Of a stretch of 64,000 nucleotides of DNA, positions 1 through 13,256 are shown piece after piece. Each line of letters starts with the position of its first letter. The stretch's first letter is position 1. The stretch spans positions 76,696,001 to 76,760,000 of the forward strand of contig CM059432.1 in NCBI GenBank assembly GCA_030390025.1, given 5' to 3'. The notes under the pieces were generated by a model. The model saw nothing but the letters and a program-made list of their open reading frames with translations, made no database searches and was not told the DNA's origin. This stretch comes from Squalus acanthias. Lineage: Eukaryota. The translations under genes and the position numbers were made by a program.

Positions 1-2512
1 AACGCAAAGGTAAGTGAAGGCTTCGGGAGGGTAATCATGGGTCTCGGGGATGATCGGGGGTCTCGGGGATGATCGGGTGTCTCGGGGGTGATCAGGGGTC
101 TCGGGAGTGATCGAGGGTCTCGGGGGTGATCAGGGGTCTCGGGAGTGATCGAGGGTCTCGGGGGTGATCGGGGGTCTCGGGGGTGATCGAGGTTCTCGGG
201 GGTGATCAGGGGTCTCGGGGGTGATCGGGGGTCTCGGGGTGATCGGGGATCTCGGGGATGATCGGGGGTCTCGGGGATGATCGGGGATCTTGGGGATGAT
301 CGGGGGTCTCGGGGTGACCGGGGGTCGCGGGGGTCCCGGGGGGGGGGGGGTGATCACAGGTCTCGGGGGGTGACCGGGGGTCTCGGGGATGATCGCAGGT
401 CTTGGGGGTGGTCATGAGTCTCGGGACGATCACGGGGCTTGAGACAATCGTGAGTCTCGGGGTGATCGGGGGTCTCGGGGTGATCGGGGGTCTCGGGGGT
501 CTCGAGGTGATCGGGGGTCTTGGGGGTGATCGGGGGTCTCGGGGGGTGATCGGGGGTCTCAGGGGGTCACCGGGGCTCTCGGGGTGTCTCGGGGGTCTCG
601 GTGGGGGGGGGTGGGTAATCACAGGTCTTGGGGGGTGCCCGGGGGTGATCGCGGGTCTCAGGGGGACGATCGCGGGTCTCGGGGTGATCGGGGGTCTCGG
701 GGTGATTTGGGGTCTCGGGGGTGATCGGGGGTCTCGGGGTGATCGGGGGTCTTGGGGTGATCGGGGGTCTCGGGGGTGATCGGGGGTCTCGGGGTGATCA
801 GGGTTCTCGGGGGTGATCGGGGGTCTTGGGGGTGATCGGGGGTCTCGGGGGTGATCGAGGATCTCGGGGGTGATCGGGGATCTTGGGGGCCATCAGGGGT
901 CTCGGGGGGTGGTTGGGGGTCTCGGCGGTGATGGGGGTCTCGGGGTGATCGGGGGTCTCGGGGTGATCGGTGGGTCTCGGGGGTCTCGGGGTGATCGGGG
1001 GTCTCGGCAGTGATGGGGGTCTCGGGGTGATCACAGGACTCGGGGTTATCGGGGGTCTCGGGGTGATCGGGGGTCTCGGGGAATGATCGAGGGTCTCGGG
1101 ATTGATCGAGGGTTTCGGGGTTGATTGGGGGTCTCGGGGTGATCGAGGAACTCGAGGTGATCGGGGTTCCCGGGGGGTGATCGGGGCTCTCGGAGGGATC
1201 TGGGGTCTCAGGGGGTGATTGGGGGTCTCGGGGTGATCGGGGGTCTCGGGGGTGATAGGGGGTCTCGGGGGTGATCGGGGGTCTCGGGGGGTGATTGGGG
1301 TGATCGGGGGTCTCAGGGGTGATCGCGGGTCTCGGGGGTCTTGGGTGATTGGGGGTCTCGGGAGTGAACGCGGGTCTCGGTGTGATCGGGGGTCTCGGGG
1401 TGATCGGGGGTCTCGGGGGGTGATTGGGGGTCTCGGGGTGATTGGGGGTCTTGGGGTGATCGGGGGTCTCGGGGTGATTGGGGGTCTCGGGGGTGATCGG
1501 GGGTCTCGGGGTGATCGGGGATCTCGGGGGTGATCGGGGGTCTCGGGGTGATTAAGGGTCTCGGGGGTGATCGGGTGTCTCAGGGTGATCGGGGTTCTCA
1601 AGGTGATCGGGGGTCTCGGGGTGATCGAGGGTTTCAGGGGTGATGGGGGTCTCGGGGGGTGATGGGGGTCTCGGGGTGATCGGGGGTCTCGGGGTGATCG
1701 GGGGTCTCGGCGGTGATGGGGGTCTCGGCGGTGATGGGGTTCTCGGGGTGATGGGGGTCTTGGCGGTGATGGGGCTCTCGGGGTGATCGCAGGTCTCGGG
1801 GTGATCGGGGGTCTCGGGGGGGGCTGTGATCGAGGATCTCGGGGTGATCGGGGGTCTCAGGGGTGATCGGGGGTCTTGGGGGGATCTGGGGTCTCGGGGA
1901 TCGGGGTCTCGGGGTGATCGGGGGTCTCGGGGGTGATCGGGGGTCTCGGGGTGATCGGGGGTCTCGGGGGTGATCGGGGGTCTCGGGGGGTAATCGGGGG
2001 TCTCGGGTGATCGGGGGCTCGGGGTTCTCAGGGTGATCGGGGGTCTCGGGGTGATCTAGGGTCTCGGGGGGTGATCGGGGGTCTCGGGTGTGATCGGGGG
2101 TCTTGGAGTGATTGGGGGTCTCGGGGGTGATCGGGGGTCTCGGGGTGATCGGGGGTCTCGGGGGGTGATCGGGGTCTCGGGGTGATCGGGGGTCTCGGGG
2201 GGTGATCGGGGTCTCGGGGTGATCGAGGGTTTCGGGGTGATCGAGGATCTCGGGGTGATCGGGGGTCTCGGGGGGTGATCGGGGGTCTTGGGGGTGATCA
2301 GGGGTCTCGGGGGTGATCGGGGGTCTCGGGGGTGATCGAGGGTCTCGGGGGTGCTCGGGGGTCTCGGGGGGTGATCGAGGATCTCGGGGTGATCAGGGGT
2401 CTCGGGGTGATCGAGGGTTTCGGGGTGATCGAGGGTCTCGGGGGGTGATCGAGGGTTTCGGGGTGATCGAGGGTCTCGGGGGGTGATCGGGGGTCTCGGG
2501 GTGAACTGGGGT

Positions 2513-2901
2513 CATAGAAACATAGAAGATAGGAGCAGGAGTAGGCCATTCAGCCCCTCGAGCCTGCTCCGCCATTCAATGAGATCATGGCTGATCATCC
2601 AAATTCAGTACCCTGTCCCTGCCTTCTCCCCATATCCCTTGATCCCTTTAGCTTTAAGAAATCTATCTAACTCCTTCTTGAATATATTTAATGAATTGGC
2701 CTCTACTGCCTTCTGTGGTAGAGAATTCCACAGGTTCACCACTCTCTGGGTGAAGAAATTCCTCCTCATCTCAGTCCTAAATGGCTTACCCCTTATCATT
2801 AGACTGTGACCCCTGGGTCTGGACTCCCCCGCCATCGGGAACATCCTTCCTGCATCTAGTCTGTCTAGTCCTGTTAGAATGTTATAAGTTTATAAGTTTC
2901 T
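2513..2901 (-). mobile_element. CR1 LINE 3' fragment, copy 1 of 5 inside the satellite
   Basis: Begins CATAGAAACATAGAA, the reverse complement of the CR1 (TTCTATGT)n tail. Minus ORF 2605-2844 (RGHSLMIRGKPFRTEMRRNFFTQRVVNLWNSLP) is the CR1 ORF2 C-terminus. Confidence 0.95.
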
Positions 2902-5848
2902 TGGGGTGATCGGGGGTCTCGGGTTGATTGGGGGTCTCGGGGGCTAATTGGGGGTCTCGGGGGCTAATTGGGGGTCTCGGGGTGATCGCGGGTCTCGGGG
3001 TAATCAGGGGTTTCGGGGAATGATCAAGGGTCTCGGGGTTGATCGGGGGTCTCGGGGGTGATCGAGGATCTCGGGGTGATCGAGGATCTCGGGGTGATCG
3101 GTGTTCTAGGGGGTAATCGGGGTTCTCGAGGGTTGATCGGGTGTCTCGGGGGGTGATCGGGTGTATCGGGGGGTGATCGGGGGTCTTGGGGTGATCGGGG
3201 GTCAAGGGGGTCTCAGTGGGTGATCGGAGGTCTCGGTGTTCGGGGGTCTCGGGGGTGATCGAGGGTCACGGGGGTCTCGGGGTGATTGGGGGTCTCGGGG
3301 GTCTCAGTGGGTGATCGGAGGTCTCGGGGTGATCGGGGGTCTCGGGGGTGATCGAGAGTCTCGGGGGGTGATCGGGGGTCTCGGGGGTGATCTCGGATCT
3401 CGGGGGTGATCGAGGATCTCGGGGGTGATCGGGGATCTTGGGGGCCATCAGGGGTCTCGGGGGGTGGTCGGGGGTCTCGGCGGTGATGGGGGTCTCGGGG
3501 TGATCGGGGGTCTCGGGGTGATCGGTGGGTCTCGGGGGTCTCGGGGTGATCGGGGGTCTCGGCAGTGATGGGGGTCTCGGGGTGATCGCAGGACTCGGGG
3601 TTATCGGGGGTCTCGGGGTGATCGGGGGTCTCGGGGAATGATCGAGGGTCTCGGGATTGATCGAGGGTTTCGGGGTTGATTGGGGGTCTCGGGGTGATCG
3701 AGGAACTCGAGGTGATCGGGGTTCCCGGGGGGTGATCGGGGCTCTCGGAGGGATCTGGGGTCTCAGGGGGTGATTGGGGGTCTCGGGGTGATCGGGGGTC
3801 TCGGGGGTGATAGGGGGTCTCGGGGGTGATCGGGGGTCTCGGGGGGTGATCGGGGTGATCGGGGGTCTCAGGGGTGATCGCGGGTCTCGGGGGTCTCGGG
3901 GTGATTGGGGGTCTCGGGAGTGAACGCGGGTCTCGGTGTGATCGGGGGTCTCGGGGTGATCGGGGGTCTTGGGGGGTGATTGGGGGTCTCGGGGTGATTG
4001 GGGGTCTTGGGGGTGATCGGGGGTCTCGGGGTGATTGGGGGTCTCGGGGGTGATCGGGGGTCTCGGGGTGATCGGGGATCTCGGGGGTGATCGGGGGTCT
4101 CGGGGTGATTAAGGGTCTCGGGGGTGATCGGGTGTCTCAGGGTGATCGGGGTTCTCAAGGTGATCGGGGGTCTCGGGGTGATCGAGGGTTTCAGGGGGTG
4201 ATGGGGGTCTCGGGGGGTGATGGGGGTCTCGGGGTGATCGGGGGTCTCGGGGTGATCGGGTGTCTCGGCGGTGATGGGAGTCTCGGCGGTGATGGGGTTC
4301 TCGGGGTGATGGGGGTCTTGGCGGTGATGGGGCTCTCGGGGTGATCGCAGGTCTCGGGGTGATCGGGGGTCTCGGGGGGGCTGTGATCGAGGATCTCGGG
4401 GTGATCGGGGGTCTCAGGGGTGATCGGGGGTCTTGGGGGGATCTGGGGTCTCGGGGTGATCGGGGGTCTCGGGGTGATCGGGGGTCTCGGGGGTGATCGG
4501 GGGTCTCGGGGGGTAATCGGGGGTCTCGGGTGATCGGGGGCTCGGGGTTCTCGGGGTGATCGGGGGTCTCGGGGTGATCTAGGGTCTCGGGGGGTGATCG
4601 GGGGTCTCGGGTGTGATCGGGGGTCTTGGGGTGATTGGGGGTCTCGGGGGTGATCGGGGGTCTCGGGGTGATCGGGGGTCTCGGGGGGTGATCGGGGTCT
4701 CGGGGTGATCGGGGGTCTCGGGGGGTGATCGGGGTCTCGGGGGTCTCGGGGTGATTGGGGGTCTCGGGAGTGAACGCGGGTCTCGGTGTGATCGGGGGTC
4801 TCGGGGTGATCGGGGGTCTCGGGGGGTGATTGGGGGTCTCGGGGTGATTGGGGGTCTTGGGGGTGATCGGGGGTCTCGGGGTGATTGGGGGTCTCGGGGG
4901 TGATCGGGGGTCTCGGGGTGATCGGGGATCTCGGGGGTGATCGGGGGTCTCGGGGTGATTAAGGGTCTCGGGGGTGATCGGGTGTCTCAGGGTGATCGGG
5001 GTTCTCAAGGTGATCGGGGGTCTCGGGGTGATCGAGGGTTTCAGGGGGTGATGGGGGTCTCGGGGGGTGATGGGGGTCTCGGGGTGATCGGGGGTCTCGG
5101 GGTGATCGGGGGTCTCGGCGGTGATGGGGGTCTCGGCGGTGATGGGGTTCTCGGGGTGATGGGGGTCTTGGCGGTGATGGGGCTCTCGGGGTGATCGCAG
5201 GTCTCGGGGTGATCGGGGGTCTCGGGGGGGGCTGTGATCGAGGATCTCGGGGTGATCGGGGGTCTCAGGGGTGATCGGGGGTCTTGGGGGGATCTGGGGT
5301 CTCGGGGTGATCGGGGGTCTCGGGGTGATCGGGGGTCTCGGGGGTGATCGGGGGTCTCGGGGGGTAATCGGGGGTCTCGGGTGATCGGGGCTCGGGGTTC
5401 TCAGGGTGATCGGGGGTCTCGGGGTGATCTAGGGTCTCGGGGGGTGATCGGGGGTCTCGGGTGTGATCGGGGGTCTTGGGGTGATTGGGGGTCTCGGGGG
5501 TGATCGGGGGTCTCGGGGTGATCGGGGGTCTCGGGGGGTGATCGGGGTCTCGGGGTGATCGGGGGTCTCGGGGGGTGATCGGGGTCTCGGGGTGATCGAG
5601 GGTTTCGGGGTGATCGAGGATCTCGGGGTGATCGGGGGTCTCGGGGGGTGATCGGGGGTCTTGGGGGTGATCAGGGGTCTCGGGGGTGATCGGGGGTCTC
5701 GGGGGTGATCGAGGGTCTCGGGGGTGCTCGGGGGTCTCGGGGGGTGATCGAGGATCTCGGGGTGATCAGGGGTCTCGGGGGTGATCGAGGGTTTCGGGGT
5801 GATCGAGGGTCTCGGGGGGTGATCGGGGGTCTCGGGGTGAACTGGGGT

Positions 5849-6237
5849 CATAGAAACATAGAAGATAGGAGCAGGAGTAGGCCATTCAGCCCCTCGAGCC
5901 TGCTCCGCCATTCAATGAGATCATGGCTGATCATCCAAATTCAGTACCCTGTCCCTGCCTTCTCCCCATATCCCTTGATCCCTTTAGCTTTAAGAAATCT
6001 ATCTAACTCCTTCTTGAATATATTTAATGAATTGGCCTCTACTGCCTTCTGTGGTAGAGAATTCCACAGGTTCACCACTCTCTGGGTGAAGAAATTCCTC
6101 CTCATCTCAGTCCTAAATGGCTTACCCCTTATCATTAGACTGTGACCCCTGGGTCTGGACTCCCCCGCCATCGGGAACATCCTTCCTGCATCTAGTCTGT
6201 CTAGTCCTGTTAGAATGTTATAAGTTTATAAGTTTCT
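5849..6237 (-). mobile_element. CR1 LINE 3' fragment, copy 2
   Basis: Same sequence and junctions as copy 1; ORF 5941-6180 is identical. Confidence 0.95.
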
Positions 6238-8622
6238 TGGGGTGATCGGGGGTCTCGGGTTGATTGGGGGTCTCGGGGGCTAATTGGGGGTCTCGGGGGC
6301 TAATTGGGGGTCTCGGGGGCTAATTGGGGGTCTCGGGGTGATCGCGGGTCTCGGGGTAATCAGGGGTTTCGGGGAATGATCAAGGGTCTCGGGGTTGATC
6401 GGGGGTCTCGGGGGGTGATCGAGGATCTCGGGGTGATCGAGGATCTCGGGGTGATCGGTGTTCTAGGGGGTAATCGGGGTTCTCGAGGGTTGATCGGGTG
6501 TCTCGGGGGGTGATCGGGTGTATCGGGGGGTGATCGGGGGTCTTGGGGTGATCGGGGGTCAAGGGGGTCTCAGTGGGTGATCGGAGGTCTCGGTGTTCGG
6601 GGGTCTCGGGGGTGATCGAGGGTCACGGGGGTCTCGGGGTGATTGGGGGTCTCGGGGGTCTCAGTGGGTGATCGGAGGTCTCGAGGTGATCGGGGGTCTT
6701 GGGGGTGATCGGGGGTCTCGGGGGGTGATCGGGGGTCTCAGGGGGTCACCGGGGCTCTCGGGGTGTCTCGGGGGTCTCGGTGGGGGGGGGTGGGTAATCA
6801 CAGGTCTTGGGGGGTGCCCGGGGGTGATCGCGGGTCTCAGGGGGACGATCGCGGGTCTCGGGGTGATCGGGTGTCTCGGGGTGATTTGGGGTCTCGGGGG
6901 TGATCGGGGGTCTCGGGGTGATCGGGGGTCTTGGGGTGATCGGGGGTCTCGGGGGTGATCGGGGGTCTCGGGGTGATCAGGGTTCTCGGGGGTGATCGGG
7001 GGTCTTGGGGGTGATCGGGGGTCTCGGGGGTGATCGAGGATCTCGGGGGTGATCGGGGATCTTGGGGGCCATCAGGGGTCTCGGGGGGTGGTTGGGGGTC
7101 TCGGCGGTGATGGGGGTCTCGGGGTGATCGGGGGTCTCGGGGTGATCGGTGGGTCTCGGGGGTCTCGGGGTGATCGGGGGTCTCGGCAGTGATGGGGGTC
7201 TCGGGGTGATCACAGGACTCGGGGTTATCGGGGGTCTCGGGGTGATCGGGGGTCTCGGGGAATGATCGAGGGTCTCGGGATTGATCGAGGGTTTCGGGGT
7301 TGATTGGGGGTCTCGGGGTGATCGAGGAACTCGAGGTGATCGGGGTTCCCGGGGGGTGATCGGGGCTCTCGGAGGGATCTGGGGTCTCAGGGGGTGATTG
7401 GGGGTCTCGGGGTGATCGGGGGTCTCGGGGGTGATAGGGGGTCTCGGGGGTGATCGGGGGTCTCGGGGGGTGATCGGGGTGATCGGGGGTCTCAGGGGTG
7501 ATCGCGGGTCTCGGGGGTCTCGGGGTGATTGGGGGTCTCGGGAGTGAACGCGGGTCTCGGTGTGATCGGGGGTCTCGGGGTGATCGGGGGTCTCGGGGGG
7601 TGATTGGGGGTCTCGGGGTGATTGGGGGTCTTGGGGGTGATCGGGGGTCTCGGGGTGATTGGGGGTCTCGGGGGTGATCGGGGGTCTCGGGGTGATCGGG
7701 GATCTCGGGGGTGATCGGGGGTCTCGGGGTGATTAAGGGTCTCGGGGGTGATCGGGTGTCTCAGGGTGATCGGGGTTCTCAAGGTGATCGGGGGTCTCGG
7801 GGTGATCGAGGGTTTCAGGGGGTGATGGGGGTCTCGGGGGGTGATGGGGGTCTCGGGGTGATCGGGGGTCTCGGGGTGATCGGGGGTCTCGGCGGTGATG
7901 GGGGTCTCGGCGGTGATGGGGTTCTCGGGTGATGGGGGTCTTGGCGGTGATGGGGCTCTCGGGGTGATCGCAGGTCTCGGGGTGATCGGGGGTCTCGGGG
8001 GGGGCTGTGATCGAGGATCTCGGGGTGATCGGGGGTCTCAGGGGTGATCGGGGGTCTTGGGGGGATCTGGGGTCTCGGGGTGATCGGGGGTCTCGGGGTG
8101 ATCGGGGGTCTCGGGGGTGATCGGGGGTCTCGGGGGGTAATCGGGGGTCTCGGGTGATCGGGGGCTCGGGGTTCTCAGGGTGATCGGGGGTCTCGGGGTG
8201 ATCTAGGGTCTCGGGGGGTGATCGGGGGTCTCGGGTGTGATCGGGGGTCTTGGGGTGATTGGGGGTCTCGGGGGTGATCGGGGGTCTCGGGGTGATCGGG
8301 GGTCTCGGGGGGTGATCGGGGTCTCGGGGTGATCGGGGGTCTCGGGGGGTGATCGGGGTCTCGGGGTGATCGAGGGTTTCGGGGTGATCGAGGATCTCGG
8401 GGTGATCGGGGGTCTCGGGGGGTGATCGGGGGTCTTGGGGGTGATCAGGGGTCTCGGGGGTGATCGGGGGTCTCGGGGGTGATCGAGGGTCTCGGGGGTG
8501 CTCGGGGGTCTCGGGGGGTGATCGAGGATCTCGGGGTGATCAGGGGTCTCGGGGGTGATCGAGGGTTTCGGGGTGATCGAGGGTCTCGGGGGGTGATCGG
8601 GGGTCTCGGGGTGAACTGGGGT

Positions 8623-9011
8623 CATAGAAACATAGAAGATAGGAGCAGGAGTAGGCCATTCAGCCCCTCGAGCCTGCTCCGCCATTCAATGAGATCATGG
8701 CTGATCATCCAAATTCAGTACCCTGTCCCTGCCTTCTCCCCATATCCCTTGATCCCTTTAGCTTTAAGAAATCTATCTAACTCCTTCTTGAATATATTTA
8801 ATGAATTGGCCTCTACTGCCTTCTGTGGTAGAGAATTCCACAGGTTCACCACTCTCTGGGTGAAGAAATTCCTCCTCATCTCAGTCCTAAATGGCTTACC
8901 CCTTATCATTAGACTGTGACCCCTGGGTCTGGACTCCCCCGCCATCGGGAACATCCTTCCTGCATCTAGTCTGTCTAGTCCTGTTAGAATGTTATAAGTT
9001 TATAAGTTTCT
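8623..9011 (-). mobile_element. CR1 LINE 3' fragment, copy 3
   Basis: Same sequence and junctions as copy 1; ORF 8715-8954 is identical. Confidence 0.95.
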
Positions 9012-11511
9012 TGGGGTGATCGGGGGTCTCGGGTTGATTGGGGGTCTCGGGGGCTAATTGGGGGTCTCGGGGGCTAATTGGGGGTCTCGGGGGCTAATTG
9101 GGGGTCTCGGGGTGATCGCGGGTCTCGGGGTAATCAGGGGTTTCGGGGAATGATCAAGGGTCTCGGGGTTGATCGGGGGTCTCGGGGGGTGATCGAGGAT
9201 CTCGGGGTGATCGAGGATCTCGGGGTGATCGGTGTTCTAGGGGGTAATCGGGGTTCTCGAGGGTTGATCGGGTGTCTCGGGGGGTGATCGGGTGTATCGG
9301 GGGGTGATCGGGGGTCTTGGGGTGATCGGGGGTCAAGGGGGTCTCAGTGGGTGATCGGAGGTCTCGGTGTTCGGGGGTCTCGGGGGTGATCGAGGGTCAC
9401 GGGGGTCTCGGGGTGATTGGGGGTCTCGGGGGTCTCAGTGGGTGATCGGGGGTCTCGGGGGTGATCGAGAGTCTCGGGGGGTGATCGGGGGTCTCGGGGG
9501 TGATCGCGGATCTCGGGGGTGATCGAGGATCTCGGGGGTGATCGGGGATCTTGGGGGCCATCAGGGGTCTCGGGGGGTGGTCGGGGGTCTCGGCGGTGAT
9601 GGGGGTCTCGGGGTGATCGGGGGTCTCGGGGTGATCGGTGGGTCTCGGGGGTCTCGGGGTGATCGGGGGTCTCGGCAGTGATGGGTGTCTCGGGGTGATC
9701 GCAGGACTCGGGGTTATCGGGGGTCTCGGGGTGATCGGGGGTCTCGGGGAATGATCGAGGGTCTCGGGATTGATCGAGGGTTTCGGGGTTGATTGGGGGT
9801 CTCGGGGTGATCGAGGAACTCGAGGTGATCGGGGTTCCCGGGGGGTGATCGGGGCTCTCGGAGGGATCTGGGGTCTCAGGGGGTGATTGGGGGTCTCGGG
9901 GTGATCGGGGGTCTCGGGGGTGATAGGGGGTCTCGGGGGTGATCGGGGGTCTCGGGGGGTGATCGGGGTGATCGGGGGTCTCAGGGGTGATCGCGGGTCT
10001 CGGGGGTCTCGGGGTGATTGGGGGTCTCGGGAGTGAACGCGGGTCTCGGTGTGATCGGGGGTCTCGGGGTGATCGGGGGTCTTGGGGGGTGATTGGGGGT
10101 CTCGGGGTGATTGGGGGTCTTGGGGGTGATCGGGGGTCTCGGGGTGATTGGGGGTCTCGGGGGTGATCGGGGGTCTCGGGGTGATCGGGGATCTCGGGGG
10201 TGATCGGGGGTCTCGGGGTGATTAAGGGTCTCGGGGGTGATCGGGTGTCTCAGGGTGATCGGGGTTCTCAAGGTGATCGGGGGTCTCGGGGTGATCGAGG
10301 GTTTCAGGGGGTGATGGGGGTCTCGGGGGGTGATGGGGGTCTCGGGGTGATCGGGGGTCTCGGGGTGATCGGGGGTCTCGGCGGTGATGGGGGTCTCGGC
10401 GGTGATGGGGTTCTCGGGGTGATGGGGGTCTTGGCGGTGATGGGGCTCTCGGGGTGATCGCAGGTCTCGGGGTGATCGGGGGTCTCGGGGGGGGCTGTGA
10501 TCGAGGATCTCGGGGTGATCGGGGGTCTCAGGGGTGATCGGGGGTCTTGGGGGGATCTGGGGTCTCGGGGTGATCGGGGGTCTCGGGGTGATCGGGGGTC
10601 TCGGGGGTGATCGGGGGTCTCGGGGGGTAATCGGGGGTCTCGGGTGATCGGGGGCTCGGGGTTCTCGGGGTGATCGGGGGTCTCGGGGTGATCTAGGGTC
10701 TCGGGGGGTGATCGGGGGTCTCGGGTGTGATCGGGGGTCTTGGGGTGATTGGGGGTCTCGGGGGTGATCGGGGGTCTCGGGGTGATCGGGGGTCTCGGGG
10801 GGTGATCGGGGTCTCGGGGTGATGGGGGTCTCGGGGGGTGATGGGGCTCTCGGGGTGATCGCAGGTCTCGGGGTGATCGGGGGTCTCGGGGGGGGCTGTG
10901 ATCGAGGATCTCGGGTGATCGGGGGTCTCAGGGGTGATCGGGGGTCTTGGGGGGATCTGGGGTCTCGGGGTGATCGGGGGTCTCGGGGTGATCGGGGGTC
11001 TCGGGGGTGATCGGGGTCTCGGGGGGTAATCGGGGGTCTCGGGTGATCGGGGGCTCGGGGTTCTCGGGGTGATCGGGGGTCTCGGGGTGATCTAGGGTCT
11101 CGGGGGGTGATCGGGGGTCTCGGGTGTGATCGGGGGTCTTGGGGTGATTGGGGGTCTCGGGGGTGATCGGGGGTCTCGGGGTGATCGGGGGTCTCGGGGG
11201 GTGATCGGGGTCTCGGGGTGATCGGGGGTCTCGGGGGGTGATCGGGGTCTCGGGGTGATCGAGGGTTTCGGGGTGATCGAGGATCTCGGGGTGATCGGGG
11301 GTCTCGGGGGGTGATCGGGGGTCTTGGGGGTGATCAGGGGTCTCGGGGGTGATCGGGGGTCTCGGGGGTGATCGAGGGTCTCGGGGGTGCTCGGGGGTCT
11401 CGGGGGGTGATCGAGGATCTCGGGGTGATCAGGGGTCTCGGGGGTGATCGAGGGTTTCGGGGTGATCGAGGGTCTCGGGGGGTGATCGGGGGTCTCGGGG
11501 TGAACTGGGGT

Positions 11512-11900
11512 CATAGAAACATAGAAGATAGGAGCAGGAGTAGGCCATTCAGCCCCTCGAGCCTGCTCCGCCATTCAATGAGATCATGGCTGATCATCCA
11601 AATTCAGTACCCTGTCCCTGCCTTCTCCCCATATCCCTTGATCCCTTTAGCTTTAAGAAATCTATCTAACTCCTTCTTGAATATATTTAATGAATTGGCC
11701 TCTACTGCCTTCTGTGGTAGAGAATTCCACAGGTTCACCACTCTCTGGGTGAAGAAATTCCTCCTCATCTCTGTCCTAAATGGCTTACCCCTTATCATTA
11801 GACTGTGACCCCTGGGTCTGGACTCCCCCGCCATCGGGAACATCCTTCCTGCATCTAGTCTGTCTAGTCCTGTTAGAATGTTATAAGTTTATAAGTTTCT
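11512..11900 (-). mobile_element. CR1 LINE 3' fragment, copy 4
   Basis: Same junctions as copy 1. One substitution seen (CATCTCTGTCC vs CATCTCAGTCC). Confidence 0.95.
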
Positions 11901-12870
11901 TGGGGTGATCGGGGGTCTCGGGTTGATTGGGGGTCTCGGGGGCTAATTGGGGGTCTCGGGGGCTAATTGGGGGTCTCGGGGTGATCGCGGGTCTCGGGGT
12001 AATCAGGGGTTTCAGGGAATGATCAAGGGTCTCGGGGTTGATCGGGGGTCTCGGGGGGTGATCGAGGATCTCGGGGTGATCGAGGATCTCGGGGTGATCG
12101 GTGTTCTAGGGGGTAATCGGGGTTCTCGAGGGTTGATCGGGTGTCTCGGGGGGTGATCGGGTGTATCGGGGGGTGATCGGGGGTCTTGGGGTGATCGGGG
12201 GTCAAGGGGGTCTCAGTGGGTGATCGGAGGTCTCGGTGTTCGGGGGTCTCGGGGGTGATCGAGGGTCACGGGGGTCTCGGGGTGATTGGGGGTCTCGGGG
12301 GTCTCAGTGGGTGATCGGAGGTCTCGAGGTGATCGGGGGTCTCGGGGGTGATCGAGAGTCTCGGGGGGTGATCGGGGGTCTCGGCGGTGATGGGGGTCTC
12401 GGGGTGATCGGAGTTCTCAGGGTGATCGGGGTTCTGAAGGTGATCGGGGGTCTCGGGGTGATCGGGGGTCTCGGGAATGATCGGGTGTCTCGGGGGTGAT
12501 CGGGGATCTCAGGGTGATGATCGGGTGTCTCAGGGGTGATCAGGGGTCTTGGGGATGATCGAGGTTCTCGGGGGGTGATCGGGGGTCTCGGGGGTGATCG
12601 AGGGTCTCGGGGTGATCGGGGGTCTCGGGGGTGATCGGGGGTCTCGGGGTGATCGGGGGTCTGGGGAATGATCGGGGGTCGCGGGGTGATCGGGGGTCTG
12701 GGGAATGATCGGGGGTCTCGGGGGGTGATCGGGGATCTCGGGGGATGATTGGGGGTCTCGGGGGGTGATCGGGGTTCTCGGGGGGCGATCAAGGGTCTTG
12801 GGGTGATCGAGGGTCTCGGGGTGATCGAGGGTCTCGGGGGGTGATCGGGGGTCTCGGGGTGAACGGGGGT

Positions 12871-13256
12871 CATAGAAACATAGAAGATAGGAGCAGGAGT
12901 AGGCCATTCAGCCCCTCGAGCCTGCTCCGCCATTCAATGAGATCATGGCTGATCATCCAAATTCAGTACCCTGTCCCTGCCTTCTCCCCATATCCCTTGA
13001 TCCCTTTAGCTTCAAGAAATATATCTAACTCCTTCTTGAATATATTTAATGAATTGGCCTCTACTGCCTTCTGTGGTAGAGAATTCCACAGGTGCACCAC
13101 TCTTTGGGTGAAGAAATTCCTCCTCATCTCAGTTCTAAATGGCTTACCCCTTATCCTTAGACTGTGACCTCTGGTTCTGGACTCCCCGGCCATCGGGAAC
13201 ATCCTTCCTGCATCTAGTCTGTCTAGTCCTGTTAGAATGTTATAAGTTAAGTTTCT
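12871..13256 (-). mobile_element. CR1 LINE 3' fragment, copy 5 (diverged)
   Basis: Same insertion point and truncation as copies 1-4, but about 9 substitutions and a 3-nt indel at the right junction (counted by eye). Confidence 0.95.

Noticed and set aside
1..15. AAG|GTAAGT as the donor of a host-gene exon
   Set aside because: It cannot be excluded with only 9 nt upstream, but the 13/15 match to a MITE-internal motif is the simpler explanation.
2483..13167. Repeated + strand ORF ending ...IQYPVPAFSPYPLIPLALRNLSNSFLNIF... as a tandem gene family
   Set aside because: It is the antisense reading of the CR1 fragment fused to satellite.
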